Positions 1 to 10,351 are shown, counted from the whole stretch's first letter. The stretch is DNA of 61,859 nucleotides, filler included, from an uncultured bacterium (GCA_964429075.1; 6 parts of 6 records of this genome joined end to end with filler, not necessarily neighbours in it); one strand, 5' to 3'. Numbers and translations: made by a program. The notes: generated by a model not told the origin, from the sequence alone.

Positions 1-522
1 GTTCTATCGTTTGCCTTATCTATAGATACCCTCTCTGTCTCAATGGCAGCAACTATAAAGGATTGTCATGAAAATATTATCAATCCAAAAAGCCTTTTAA
101 TATTCCCTCTTGTTCAGGTGTTTCTTTGTTTTGTTGGTGTTGTGCTGGGACGTGAAATTGTATTATTGATAGGAGATACATTCAGGATATTGGCCTTTTT
201 TATTTTCCTTATTCTTGGCCTCAAGAGCCTTAAAAAGGAAGAAAAGATCGAAACAGATGTTACAACAGATGTATCTAAATTTTTAAAGCTTCTTTTACTC
301 GCAGTACTTACGAGTGTGGATGCCCTTGGTGCTGGTGTTGCAATAGGTGGAATCAATCTAAATCTCTTTATATTATTATCAATTCTTGCGATTGTTACTT
401 TCTTTCTGGGCCTGCTCGGGCTATTAATGGGAAAGATAATAAAACGATTTGAGGATGTTGCAAGATATGCTGCATCAATAACCTTCTTTTTACTATCTAT
501 AAGTGTGTTTTTAACAGGCTAA
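1..522 (+). CDS. mntP: Manganese efflux pump MntP family (5'-truncated)
   Basis: Frame is open from base 1 (VLSFALSIDTLSVSMA...). It has two MntP-type motifs (ALSIDTLSVS and LTSVDALGAGVA) and is hydrophobic throughout. Confidence 0.85.
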   Translation, partial: VLSFALSIDTLSVSMAATIKDCHENIINPKSLLIFPLVQVFLCFVGVVLGREIVLLIGDTFRILAFFIFLILGLKSLKKEEKIETDVTTDVSKFLKLLLLAVLTSVDALGAGVAIGGINLNLFILLSILAIVTFFLGLLGLLMGKIIKRFEDVARYAASITFFLLSISVFLTG

Positions 523-558
523 TTAAAATGGATAGATCAGCAATATTATGTCTGAATA

Positions 559-587
559 TTGACATTTTAGCCATACTCTTTTATTTA
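559..587 (+). promoter_or_regulatory. Putative sigma70 promoter for tRNA-Val/thrS
   Basis: TTGACA (559-564), 17 nt, TATTTA (582-587), just upstream of tRNA-Val. Confidence 0.5.
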
Positions 588-607
588 GTACACACTTAAA
601 TACAAAT

Positions 608-679
608 AGGCGTGTAGCTCAGCGGGAGAGCACTGCCTTGACGCGGCAGGGGCCGGCGGTTCGAATCCGCCCGCGCCTA
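608..679 (+). tRNA. tRNA-Val(GAC)
   Basis: Acceptor AGGCGTG/CGCGCCT, D arm GCTC/GAGC, anticodon arm CTGCC-TTGACGC-GGCAG, T arm GGCGG-TTCGAAT-CCGCC. No encoded CCA. Confidence 0.95.
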
Positions 680-693
680 TTTTTAATTCTTAG

Positions 694-2619
694 GTGGAGA
701 GAAAACTGGTAAAGCTTATCCTTTCAGATAAAAAAAGTATTGAGGTGTCCGATGGAAGTACCATTTTGGATGCCGTAAAAGGTGATAAAAGGGTCATATG
801 CGGCATCAGACCTGATGGAACTTTTGTTGATATCAGAGAACCACTTCATAAAGATGAAGAGATAGAGCTAATTTATAAAGACGATCCACGTGCATTATAT
901 GTCCTTAGACACAGCTGTGCTCATCTTATGGCAGATGCTGTAAAGAGTCTGTTTAAAGGTTCAAAACTAGGTATTGGTCCTTCTATAGAAGATGGTTTTT
1001 ATTACGACATAGATACACCAAGGCCTCTTACTGACAAAGATTTAAGTAAGATCGAACAGGAGATGAGAAAGATCCAAAAAAGGAATCACTCCTTTGAAAG
1101 GATTGAGCTTGATCCAGATGAGGCGAAGAGACTCTTTAAAAATATGGGAGAGGATTACAAATTAGAGTTAATCGAAGATATCACCTCTCGTAATGAAAAG
1201 ATCACACTATTTAAACATGGTGAATTTACAGATCTATGTAGAGGGCCCCATCTACATAATACATCCCAGATAAGACACTTTAAATTACTTAAAGTAGCAG
1301 GCGCATACTGGCGTGGTGATGAAAAAAAACCTATGCTTCAGCGTATCTATGGGACAGCATTTTTTACAAAAGAGCAGCTTGATGACTATTTGACGAGACT
1401 TAAGGAGGCAGAAAAGCGTGATCATAGATTGCTCGGCAAACAGCTTGATCTCTTTAGTATTGATAATGAGATCGGTCCGGGGCTAATACTATGGCACCCC
1501 AAAGGGGCTATGGTAAGACACCTGATAGAGACCTACTGGAAGCGGCAACACCTTCTTAATGGTTATGAACTGCTCTATACACCACATATTGCAAGGTCTG
1601 GATTGTGGGAAACGAGTGGTCATCTTGGATTTTACAGTGAGAATATGTTTGATCCAATGGATGTAGATGGAATCGATTATCTTGTAAAACCGATGAACTG
1701 TCCCTTTCATATAAAGATTTATAAATCTAAAATAAGGAGTTATAGGGATCTGCCGATTCGATGGGCAGAGCTTGGTACAGTCTATCGATATGAGAGATCA
1801 GGTGTCCTACATGGTCTGCTCAGGGTAAGGGGTTTTACTCAGGATGATGCCCACATTTTTGTAACACCAGAGGGATTGGAAGAAGAGATCTTTGGGGTGC
1901 TTCGTTTTAGTTTTGATATGCTAAAGGTCTTTGGATTTGAGGAGTTTGAGGTATTTCTGAGCACCAGACCAGAAAAATATGTTGGTACACTTAAGAACTG
2001 GGAGGCTGCAGAAGCTGCACTGAAACATGCACTTGAGAAACTCTCTGTAAACTATAGTATCGATCCGGGAGAGGGTGTATTTTATGGCCCGAAGATCGAT
2101 ATAAAGATTAAGGATTCCTTAAAGAGGGTATGGCAGTGTTCCACCATTCAGGTTGATTTCAATCTGCCTGAGAGGTTTGGAGTTCTATATCAATCAAAAA
2201 ATGGAGAGATGGTAGCACCAGTTATGATACACAGAGCACTTTTAGGGTCAATAGAACGCTTTTTTGGAGTTTTGTTAGAACATTATGCAGGTGATCTTCC
2301 ACTCTGGCTTGCCCCTGTGCAGGTGATAGTTATACCGATATCTGAAAAGTTTTTATCTCCAGCAAAAAAAATAGTTGATCAATTGAAAAAGGAAGAGATC
2401 AGAGTTACACTCGATTCTCGTGATGAAAAACTTGGATATAAGATTAGAGATGCAGAGTTGAAAAAAATACCTGTTATGGTAATTATTGGTGCAAAAGAGG
2501 TTGAATCAGGTAAAATGAGTGTAAGATTTAGGAAGGCTAAGGAAGATAAGGGCAATATGGATATCAAAGAACTGATTGCACTGGTCAGGTCAGATTATCC
2601 TGCAGATCTAATTTATTAA
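694..2619 (+). CDS. thrS: Threonine--tRNA ligase
   Basis: RHSCAHLMA, DLCRGPH, KPMNCPFH, RVRGFTQDDAH and MIHRALLGSIERF motifs; canonical thrS-infC position. Confidence 0.98.
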   Translation: MERKLVKLILSDKKSIEVSDGSTILDAVKGDKRVICGIRPDGTFVDIREPLHKDEEIELIYKDDPRALYVLRHSCAHLMADAVKSLFKGSKLGIGPSIEDGFYYDIDTPRPLTDKDLSKIEQEMRKIQKRNHSFERIELDPDEAKRLFKNMGEDYKLELIEDITSRNEKITLFKHGEFTDLCRGPHLHNTSQIRHFKLLKVAGAYWRGDEKKPMLQRIYGTAFFTKEQLDDYLTRLKEAEKRDHRLLGKQLDLFSIDNEIGPGLILWHPKGAMVRHLIETYWKRQHLLNGYELLYTPHIARSGLWETSGHLGFYSENMFDPMDVDGIDYLVKPMNCPFHIKIYKSKIRSYRDLPIRWAELGTVYRYERSGVLHGLLRVRGFTQDDAHIFVTPEGLEEEIFGVLRFSFDMLKVFGFEEFEVFLSTRPEKYVGTLKNWEAAEAALKHALEKLSVNYSIDPGEGVFYGPKIDIKIKDSLKRVWQCSTIQVDFNLPERFGVLYQSKNGEMVAPVMIHRALLGSIERFFGVLLEHYAGDLPLWLAPVQVIVIPISEKFLSPAKKIVDQLKKEEIRVTLDSRDEKLGYKIRDAELKKIPVMVIIGAKEVESGKMSVRFRKAKEDKGNMDIKELIALVRSDYPADLIY

Positions 2620-2639
2620 TTGAGGTAGGGAGATAGGCT

Positions 2640-3152
2640 CTGGCAGACAGGACTGAACTTAGAGTAAATCATCAGATAAAATCAAAGGTAGTAAGATTGA
2701 TAGATCAAAATGGCAAACAACTTGGTATTATGAATCTTAGTCAGGCATTGAGTCTTGCAGAGGCTGCAAATCTTGATCTTGTTGAGGTAGCTCCCAACGC
2801 AAGCCCGCCTGTCTGTAGAATAATGAACTATGGCAAATATAAGTATCAACTGAAGAAGAAAAAGGGAAAACAGAGCAAGGGTTCACAGTCTCTAAAGGAA
2901 ATACGCTTTAGACCGTCTACAGATGAACATGACATTCAGATAAAGATCAAAAAGGTCATGGAATTTTTAAAGAGTAATCATAAGGTGAAACTTACAATAA
3001 GATTCAGGGGTCGTGAACTTGCTTATAAAAAGGTTGGTTATGAGGTATTAAAGAGGATAGCGGATAGCCTTTCTGATATTGCAAATGTGGAGCACGAGCC
3101 TAAAGAAGAGGGCAGAAACATGTCCATTATACTTGCACCAAAATCCAAGTAG
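2640..3152 (+). CDS. infC: Translation initiation factor IF-3, probable CTG start
   Basis: The conserved N-terminus RVNHQIKSKVVRLID lies upstream of the ORF-track start (2697). An in-frame TAG at 2634 leaves CTG at 2640, 6 nt after GGGAGA. LDLVEV..PPVCRIMNYGK motif present. Confidence 0.95.
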   Translation: MADRTELRVNHQIKSKVVRLIDQNGKQLGIMNLSQALSLAEAANLDLVEVAPNASPPVCRIMNYGKYKYQLKKKKGKQSKGSQSLKEIRFRPSTDEHDIQIKIKKVMEFLKSNHKVKLTIRFRGRELAYKKVGYEVLKRIADSLSDIANVEHEPKEEGRNMSIILAPKSK

Positions 3153-3161
3153 GAGTAAAAG

Positions 3162-3356
3162 ATGCCAAAGGTAAAGACAAAAAGAGCAGCTAAAAAAAGA
3201 TTTAAGGTTACAGCAAAAGGTAGAATAAAGAGATGGAAGGCCTCAAAGAGTCATCTACTTGTAGGTAAGAATGCAAAGAGAAGACGCAGACTGAGGAGGT
3301 CTGATACAGTTCATCCTTCTGATGAGAGGATGGTTAAGGAATATTTGAGAATATAA
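3162..3356 (+). CDS. rpmI: 50S ribosomal protein L35
   Basis: [17 protein letters not shown]; operon position. Confidence 0.97.
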   Translation: MPKVKTKRAAKKRFKVTAKGRIKRWKASKSHLLVGKNAKRRRRLRRSDTVHPSDERMVKEYLRI

Positions 3357-3372
3357 ATGTGGAGAGATACCC

Positions 3373-3723
3373 ATGTCCAGAACAAAGGGCGGTTTTAAGA
3401 CAAGAAGAAGACATAAAAAATACCTTAAGCTTGCAAAGGGCTACTATGGTCTTAGGCACAGTGCATATAAAAGAGCACGAGAAACCGTAGAGAGGGCACT
3501 TTGCTATGCCTATGTTGGAAGAAAACTCAAAAAAAGAGACTTCAGAAGGCTCTGGAACATAAGAATAAATGCATTTGTTAGGCAGGAGGGGCTGAATTAT
3601 AGCACTTTTATAAATCTCTTAAAAAAGAGGGACATAAGGTTAAATAGAAAGATGCTTGCCCTTCTGGCTGTTGAGGATCCACAGGCCATGAAGGAGGTTC
3701 TGCAACAGGCAAAGGGTTCATAA
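3373..3723 (+). CDS. rplT: 50S ribosomal protein L20
   Basis: AKGYYG and [18 protein letters not shown] motifs. Confidence 0.97.
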   Translation: MSRTKGGFKTRRRHKKYLKLAKGYYGLRHSAYKRARETVERALCYAYVGRKLKKRDFRRLWNIRINAFVRQEGLNYSTFINLLKKRDIRLNRKMLALLAVEDPQAMKEVLQQAKGS

Positions 3724-3727
3724 AAAA

Positions 3728-4789
3728 GTGTCTAAAGAGGACACAGTTTCCAGAGAGTGGCAAGACCGTTTCGCACAGATAGAATCCGACTATTTAAAAA
3801 AGATAGAAAATGCCTCGGATTCAGAACAGCTCGAAAAGATAGATTTTGAGCTCTTTAGTAAGAGGGGTATCATTACAGAAATCAATCGCTCTCTGCGGGA
3901 TCAGCCAAAGGATCAGAGGCCAATACTTGGAAAACAGATTAATACATTAAAAAACAGACTTATCTCTGCGATAGAAGAGAAAAAAAGCCTCCTGAAAGCG
4001 AGGGAAATACAGCGCAGGTTAGAAGAGGAAAGGATAGACGTCTCCATCCCAGTTGTAAACAGGATCCTTGCAGGAGGTCTTCATCCAGTTATGAAGACCC
4101 TTGAGAGGATAGTGGATATCTTTATGTGGATGGGTTTTGATGTGGAAAATGGTCCAGAAATAGAGGATGACTATCATAACTTTAAGGCTCTGAACTTCCC
4201 TGATGATCATCCTGCAAGAGATATGCAGGATACCATATATATTGAAGATGGAAGGTTGTTGAGAACACACACCTCACCTGTCCAGATCAGAGCAATGAAA
4301 CGTAGAAGGCCACCAATGATGTTTATTGCTCCCGGCAGGGTCTACAGACACGATTACGATATGACGCATTCCCCAGTCTTTCATCAGGTTGAAGGCTTTG
4401 CAATCGGAGAAAATATAAACATGTCTCACCTAAAAGGGACGCTACATAGATTTGTGATACAATTTTTTGAAAGGGATATAAACATAAGGTTCAGGCCAAG
4501 CTTTTTCCCCTTTACAGAGCCAAGCTGTGAGGTAGATATTGAATGTGTGATTTGTGGTGGAAAGGGATGTAGGAGTTGTGGAGGGACCGGGTGGATGGAG
4601 GTTCTCGGTGCAGGAATGGTACATCCAAATGTTTTAAGAGAGGGTGGTGTGGATCCTGAAAGGTACTGTGGATATGCCTTTGGTATGGGTGTTGAGAGAC
4701 TAACGATGTTGCGTTATGGAATTTCGGATCTGAGATTGTTTTTTGAAAATGCCATCGATTTTTTAACACAGTTCAGACAGGTAGAATGA
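3728..4789 (+). CDS. pheS: Phenylalanine--tRNA ligase alpha subunit
   Basis: HPARDMQDT, LLRTHTSPVQ, FRPSFFPFTEPS and FGMGVERL motifs, with a CxxC-GGKG-CxxC insert. Confidence 0.98.
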   Translation: MSKEDTVSREWQDRFAQIESDYLKKIENASDSEQLEKIDFELFSKRGIITEINRSLRDQPKDQRPILGKQINTLKNRLISAIEEKKSLLKAREIQRRLEEERIDVSIPVVNRILAGGLHPVMKTLERIVDIFMWMGFDVENGPEIEDDYHNFKALNFPDDHPARDMQDTIYIEDGRLLRTHTSPVQIRAMKRRRPPMMFIAPGRVYRHDYDMTHSPVFHQVEGFAIGENINMSHLKGTLHRFVIQFFERDINIRFRPSFFPFTEPSCEVDIECVICGGKGCRSCGGTGWMEVLGAGMVHPNVLREGGVDPERYCGYAFGMGVERLTMLRYGISDLRLFFENAIDFLTQFRQVE

Positions 4790-7104
4790 AGATAAGTGTT
4801 GAATGGCTCAGGGAGTTTTTAGACATTGATCTTGATGAAAATCGTCTTTGTGATCTTTTAACAATGCTTGGCCTTGAAGTGGAAGATCTTATTGATCCTT
4901 CTGAAGACCTCTCTGGGGTATATATTGTTGAAGTAAAAGAGGTTAAAGGGACAGAAAGTGGTGGTGGTAATTGTCTTACGGTATGGGAAGATTCAATTGG
5001 TTTTCTAAAGATATATTGCACAGACCAGAGCGTTAGAAAGGGTGATAACATAGCAATAGTGCCTGCTGGCAAAAGATTTAAAGGAAGTTCTGTTGAAAAG
5101 AGATTAATTGATGGTGTAGAATCTGTTGGTGTTGCTCTATCTGGAAGAGACATAGGGCTGAGTGATGATGGGGAAAGGGTCTTCAGAACATCAGGTTTTG
5201 TAGGAGCACTTAAAGACCATCCATCGATTTCAACAAGTGTTATAGAGGTAGCTATTACCCCTAACAGGGGAGATTGGGTGTCTCATCTTGGTGTAGCACG
5301 AGAGCTTTCTGCAGCCCTTTCCATTCCGTTAAGATTTGATGCAGGCCTTACACTTGATGGTGATTATGAATGCAAAATCCCTATCACGATTGAGAGTAGA
5401 AACGATTGTAAAAGATATGTGGGTAGAAAGATAGATATAAAACCGGGTGCATTTACACCTCTCTGGTTGATGCTGAGACTTTTCTGTTGCGGTATGAGGT
5501 CTATTAATATCTCAGCAGATGTGACGAACTATGTATTGTTAGAGCTTGGACAGCCCCTCCATGCCTTTGACCTAAAAAGACTTAAAAACAAAAAAATTTT
5601 GGTTAAAAGGGCAGAGGATGGTGAAGAGTTTGTAGCACTCGATGGAAAGACCTATACCCTCTCGAGCAATGATCTTGTTATAAAGGATGGTGATACTACC
5701 GTTGCAATTGCAGGGATAATAGGGGGTGAGTATAGCGGTACAGATTTTAACACACAACAGATATTCCTAGAAAGCGCCTGGTTTTTACCGGCATTGATAA
5801 GGAAGACTTCAAAAAGATTGGGAATACAGACAGACTCATCATACCGATTTGAAAGATATGCAGATATCGGAATCACAAAGAGGGCATCTGATAGGGTTGT
5901 AGAAATACTTAAAAAGGCCAATGTCCTTATTGGTTATTCAAAAGTAAATGATGTATATCCTGTAAGAGAACAAAAAAAGAGTATAATTTTCAATACTTCT
6001 GAATTCAAAAGACTCATCGGTAGCAGTATTGATAGCTCAAAGGCAATTTCTATTTTAAAAGGTCTTGGTTTTGAAGTGAGAAAAAATAATAGTAATGATG
6101 AACTCCTTGTTATGCCACCTTTATCACGTCCGGATATCAAAAAGAGCTGTGATATTATAGAAGAGCTTGCAAGGATATGGGGTTATGAAAATATAGAAGA
6201 AAAGACTACTCCCGTTTTAAAGGATGTGGCTGAATCAGATAGCTTTGGCATCAGACATAAACGGATAGATAAAATTAGATATATACTTGCAGATTTAGGA
6301 CTTCTTGAGTGCATAACATTTTCATTTACAAGGAGTTTCTGGAATACCTATTTTTATCTCGATAAAGAGGCTATTAAGATAAAAAATCCTGTTACAGATG
6401 AATTGCTGTACATGCGCACATCGCATTTGCCTCAGTTGCTTGATGTGCTTGTGTATAACATACGAAGAGATTATAACAATATAAGGTTGTTTGAGGTGGG
6501 TACGCTTTTCAAAAAAAATGCTGAACAGACTGCAGCAGGTCTGCTCCTTTATGGTAAAAAGTCATACGAAGATTGGCAGACAAATGAGGTAACATCCTTT
6601 GATTATTATGATCTAAAGAGGATTGTGGATATCCCGTGGATGCATCCAGGTAGAACGGCCGTTATCAAGTCAATAAACAATGATATAATTGGTTATGCCG
6701 GTGAGATACATGTAAATATTGCAGATTATCTCCAGCTAAAAGAGAGGGCCTATTATGCCGAGATATATATAGATCCATTCTTAATGTTATTGAAGACACA
6801 CACATATCAAGATATTAGCCCCTATCCTGATAGATTCTTCGATGTATGCTTTGTTATTAACAGAGGTGTGTCAGTAGGCGAGGTGATTTTCGCACTAAAA
6901 GATAATTTTAAAAGTTGGTTGAAAGAGATTGTTGTTTCTGATATATATCATTCGAAGTCGCTCGGTCCTGATATGTATTCAGTAACCTTTGCCATGAGAC
7001 TTACATCTTGTGAAAAAACTCTTGACAAGAAGGATCTTGAGAGATTTCTCAACGAACTGAAGGAGTTTATGAAAAATAAATTCGATGCAGAGTTAAGAAG
7101 TTAA
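4786..7104 (+). CDS. pheT: Phenylalanine--tRNA ligase beta subunit
   Basis: MKISVEWLREF, ITPNRGD, GQPLHAFD, SSYRFER, IIEELARIWGY motifs and C-terminal AELR. Confidence 0.95.
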   Translation: MKISVEWLREFLDIDLDENRLCDLLTMLGLEVEDLIDPSEDLSGVYIVEVKEVKGTESGGGNCLTVWEDSIGFLKIYCTDQSVRKGDNIAIVPAGKRFKGSSVEKRLIDGVESVGVALSGRDIGLSDDGERVFRTSGFVGALKDHPSISTSVIEVAITPNRGDWVSHLGVARELSAALSIPLRFDAGLTLDGDYECKIPITIESRNDCKRYVGRKIDIKPGAFTPLWLMLRLFCCGMRSINISADVTNYVLLELGQPLHAFDLKRLKNKKILVKRAEDGEEFVALDGKTYTLSSNDLVIKDGDTTVAIAGIIGGEYSGTDFNTQQIFLESAWFLPALIRKTSKRLGIQTDSSYRFERYADIGITKRASDRVVEILKKANVLIGYSKVNDVYPVREQKKSIIFNTSEFKRLIGSSIDSSKAISILKGLGFEVRKNNSNDELLVMPPLSRPDIKKSCDIIEELARIWGYENIEEKTTPVLKDVAESDSFGIRHKRIDKIRYILADLGLLECITFSFTRSFWNTYFYLDKEAIKIKNPVTDELLYMRTSHLPQLLDVLVYNIRRDYNNIRLFEVGTLFKKNAEQTAAGLLLYGKKSYEDWQTNEVTSFDYYDLKRIVDIPWMHPGRTAVIKSINNDIIGYAGEIHVNIADYLQLKERAYYAEIYIDPFLMLLKTHTYQDISPYPDRFFDVCFVINRGVSVGEVIFALKDNFKSWLKEIVVSDIYHSKSLGPDMYSVTFAMRLTSCEKTLDKKDLERFLNELKEFMKNKFDAELRS

Positions 7105-7124
7105 CAGATGTTGGAGGGCTTATT

Positions 7125-7409
7125 ATGACATTAACCAAGGCAAAAATAGTAGATGGTTTGAGTGAACGACTTGGTACAGGTAAAAGTGAGGCAAAGTTTC
7201 TTGTAGAGACACTCATAGAAGAAATAAAGAATGTACTTGTTTCAGGAGAGTCGCTAACCCTCTATCGTTTTGGTAAATTTGAGGTAAAAGACAAAAAGGC
7301 AAGAAAGGGAAGGATCCCTTCAAAAAAAAATAGTGTTATAATTATTGATGCACGAAGGGTAGTAACCTTTAAACCAAGCGTTATCCTCAGAGAAGAGCTG
7401 AAGAAGTGA
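7125..7409 (+). CDS. ihfA: Integration host factor alpha / HU family DNA-binding protein
   Basis: MTLTKAKIV, FGKFEV, RRVVTFKPS motifs; follows pheT. Confidence 0.85.
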   Translation: MTLTKAKIVDGLSERLGTGKSEAKFLVETLIEEIKNVLVSGESLTLYRFGKFEVKDKKARKGRIPSKKNSVIIIDARRVVTFKPSVILREELKK

Positions 7410-7759
7410 AAGGTAAAAAGGTAAAAAATCTACCGAACAAGCTCTATTTTCGTATAGGTGAGGTGGCAAAGATTCTGGATCTTGAGCCCTATGTACTGAG
7501 ATATTGGGAGAGTGAATTCCCGAGTATATCTCCAGCAAAAGACAGTGCTCAGCGTAGGCTCTACACCAAAAAGGATATAGAACATATTGCGCTGATTAAA
7601 TACCTGCTTTACGAACGCAGGCTCACAATTGAGGGTGCAAGGAGATACCTCAGTTCAAGGACAAAAGATCTTGAAGAGCCCACACATAAAGAGCTCTTTA
7701 ATGAATTAATACAAGAGATAGATTCAAGGATTAAGGTATTAGAAAGGATAATTACTTAG
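7406..7759 (+). CDS. MerR family transcriptional regulator
   Basis: [13 protein letters not shown]...VLRYWESEF...RRLY; conserved ihfA-merR-tRNA-Pro arrangement. Confidence 0.92.
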   Translation: MKGKKVKNLPNKLYFRIGEVAKILDLEPYVLRYWESEFPSISPAKDSAQRRLYTKKDIEHIALIKYLLYERRLTIEGARRYLSSRTKDLEEPTHKELFNELIQEIDSRIKVLERIIT

Positions 7760-7774
7760 GCTTTTTTTAAGTGT

Positions 7775-7851
<77 letters not shown>

Positions 7852-7940
7852 TTAAAATTATGTTATATTGTAGAATAAAGTCTCTACTTTTTTTGATGAG
7901 TTGAATAAAAAGCTATCAGATGTTATAAAGGTGCGCCCAT

Positions 7941-8028
7941 GGAGGGGTGGCCGAGCGGTTTAAGGCGGCGGTCTTGAAAATCGCTTCCCGATGGTATCGG
8001 GACGTGGGTTCGAATCCCACCCCCTCCG
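7941..8028 (+). tRNA. tRNA-Ser(TGA)
   Basis: Acceptor GGAGGGG/CCCCTCC, anticodon arm GCGGT-CTTGAAA-ATCGC, long variable arm TCCCGAT-GGT-ATCGGGA, discriminator G. No encoded CCA. Confidence 0.95.
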
Positions 8029-8051
8029 TTTAACTCAGTGCTGAGAATGAT

Positions 8052-8678
8052 TTGTTTTACAAGGTGCTAAGTTTAAAAAAATTGTTAAAAATCTTTTTGA
8101 TAGTATATTTATCATTCTTTTTTTTATCGTATCAAGATGCACCATCTCATACAATAACAAGACCCAAAATAATACATATACATATCTCAAAGAATCTATT
8201 GATAATAGATGTGTACTTTACCCTTGAATCTGGTCTATTATCCATGAATACAAGAAAATTTTTTGATCAGGATGGTGACGGAACCCTTAACGACAAAGAA
8301 GAGAAAAGGCTTGGTGACTATCTTGAAAGAGAGGCAATAAGATTCTTAAAGATAAGATTGAACAAAAGGGATATTAAATTCAAAATAATAGACAAACGTA
8401 GCTATATTAAATCCAGAAGCACGACAAGTGGCCTTGACATGGAGGCTGATCTGAGATGTGTTGCGGATATCTCACTGAATGAAAACACAGACAATATTCT
8501 GGAGATCACAGATAGATATCAGAATGATACCTTCGTTGTAAAAGGTATCTTGAGTACAGATAATAACATAACAATCAAAGATATACAGAATGGTTACCTT
8601 TTAGACCAACATAAGGCTGTTGGAATATACCTCAGTGCAGAGATACCTTCGAAGGTGTGGATCGCTGTTAAAAAGTAA
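8052..8678 (+). CDS. Exported hypothetical protein with EF-hand-like DxDxDG loop
   Basis: N-terminal hydrophobic segment and FDQDGDGTLNDKE. Stop overlaps the next start. Start codon uncertain. Confidence 0.6.
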   Translation: MFYKVLSLKKLLKIFLIVYLSFFFLSYQDAPSHTITRPKIIHIHISKNLLIIDVYFTLESGLLSMNTRKFFDQDGDGTLNDKEEKRLGDYLEREAIRFLKIRLNKRDIKFKIIDKRSYIKSRSTTSGLDMEADLRCVADISLNENTDNILEITDRYQNDTFVVKGILSTDNNITIKDIQNGYLLDQHKAVGIYLSAEIPSKVWIAVKK

Positions 8679-9778
8679 TGATCCTGTTGGTCATAACATT
8701 CTTCTTTTTAATTTTTGTAAATGTACATAATCTGTATGCGAATGAGATGATCAGGGTGTTGATAGGGACATTTAACAGTGGTGTTGAGGTTGAGTGTATC
8801 AATGGAGTTTTCTACTATGGGAATGATAGATTATCCTCAACTAAAGATGTGAAGTTGATGATTAAAAACGGGTTGTTGTATATTAACAAAAAAGAGTACG
8901 TTAGTGGTAAGAGACTCAGGTGTAAAAATGGATTTCTGAGGCTAAAGAATAAAAGATATAGTGGAGATATCATATTATATATTGAGCATACAAAAAAGAA
9001 TAAACCTTCAAGGTTGATGCTCGTTAACGAACTTGATCTTGAGACCTATGTTATGGGTGTTCTACCATCGGAGATGCCACTTTCATGGCCGATTGAGGCA
9101 TTAAAAGCACAGGCTGTTTGTGCAAGGACCTATGCGGTATATAGAAAGTATAAAAATGAAGCAGCACACTATCATTTAACAGCTGATGTTTTGTCTCAGG
9201 TGTATTCAGGATTATCCAGAATAAACAAAAGGGTAAAAGAGGTGATTTATGATACAAAGGGTGAAGTTTTAACCTACCATATGGAGCCTGTATTATGTGC
9301 ATTTCATTCCTGCTGTGGCGGAAGGACAACAGATGCCAGTATTATTTGGGGGAAAAGGGTGGATTATTTAAGATCTGTAAGCTGTCCTTTTGACAGGGGT
9401 TGTCCGTCACGAAAATGGGTATGGAAGGTTGATAAGGGTCGGCTCTCTGATCTTTTAGGATTAAAAAACAGTATAAGATCTGTTGAGTTAAAAAGGGTAA
9501 AGGGTGTAGTAAGAAATATTGTTGTTGTAGATAACAAAGGCAAAAGAAAGATATACAAGGTAGATAGATTTAGAGAAAAGATTGGCTACAGTAGGTTGAA
9601 GAGTCCAAAATTTTTAATAGAGAAAAAGGGAAAAGAGTTTATTTTTAAGGGGACCGGGACGGGGCATGGTATAGGTCTTTGTCAGTGGGGGGCAAAAGGG
9701 CTGGCAGAGAGGGGTAAAAAATACAAAGATATTCTGAGACACTATTTTAGGGGGATAACAATACAGAAGATGTATTAG
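8678..9778 (+). CDS. SpoIID/LytB domain lytic transglycosylase
   Basis: VNELDLETYVMGVLPSEM, EALKAQAVCARTYA, SQVY, HSCCGG and GHGIGLCQWGA motifs; signal peptide. Confidence 0.93.
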   Translation: MILLVITFFFLIFVNVHNLYANEMIRVLIGTFNSGVEVECINGVFYYGNDRLSSTKDVKLMIKNGLLYINKKEYVSGKRLRCKNGFLRLKNKRYSGDIILYIEHTKKNKPSRLMLVNELDLETYVMGVLPSEMPLSWPIEALKAQAVCARTYAVYRKYKNEAAHYHLTADVLSQVYSGLSRINKRVKEVIYDTKGEVLTYHMEPVLCAFHSCCGGRTTDASIIWGKRVDYLRSVSCPFDRGCPSRKWVWKVDKGRLSDLLGLKNSIRSVELKRVKGVVRNIVVVDNKGKRKIYKVDRFREKIGYSRLKSPKFLIEKKGKEFIFKGTGTGHGIGLCQWGAKGLAERGKKYKDILRHYFRGITIQKMY

Positions 9779-9790
9779 ATCATGTGAATC

Positions 9791-10351
9791 ATGAAGATAA
9801 ACGATAAAAAGAGACTCATTGCCATAACCGGTAAGGGTGGTGTGGGTAAGAGCACAATTGCTGCAGCATTGGCAATTAGACTTTCATCGATCGGTAAGAG
9901 GGTTCTACTTGCACAGGTAGAATCAAGAATACCTATAACCTTTGAAATGGGGCTTGAAAAGGATCTAAAGAACGATCCAGAGAAGATTTTACCTGGAATA
10001 CATATGGCCAACATTACCTTTAATGAGGCATTACGGGAATATGTCCTTTTAGTGGTAAAGCTAAGATTTATATACAGAACAGTCTTTGAAAATAGCCTTG
10101 TAAAGAGTTTTTTGAATTTTATGCCAGCTTTAAAGGAGCTTGTGATACTTGGAAAGGTCTGGTACCATCTACAGCAGGGTGAAAAGGGTGAGCCTCTTTA
10201 TGATGTCGTTATTCTTGACTGCCCTGCAACAGGTCATGCAATATCTATGTTTGAGACACCAAGGGTTGTATATGAAGATGTACCACCCGGTCCTATGAGA
10301 ACAATAGTTAAAAATCTACTGAATATGCTTGAGAATAATACAACATTGATA
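9791..10351 (+). CDS. ArsA/Get3-family ATPase (3'-truncated by contig end)
   Basis: GKGGVGKST P-loop and DVVILDCPATGH switch II motif. Confidence 0.85.
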
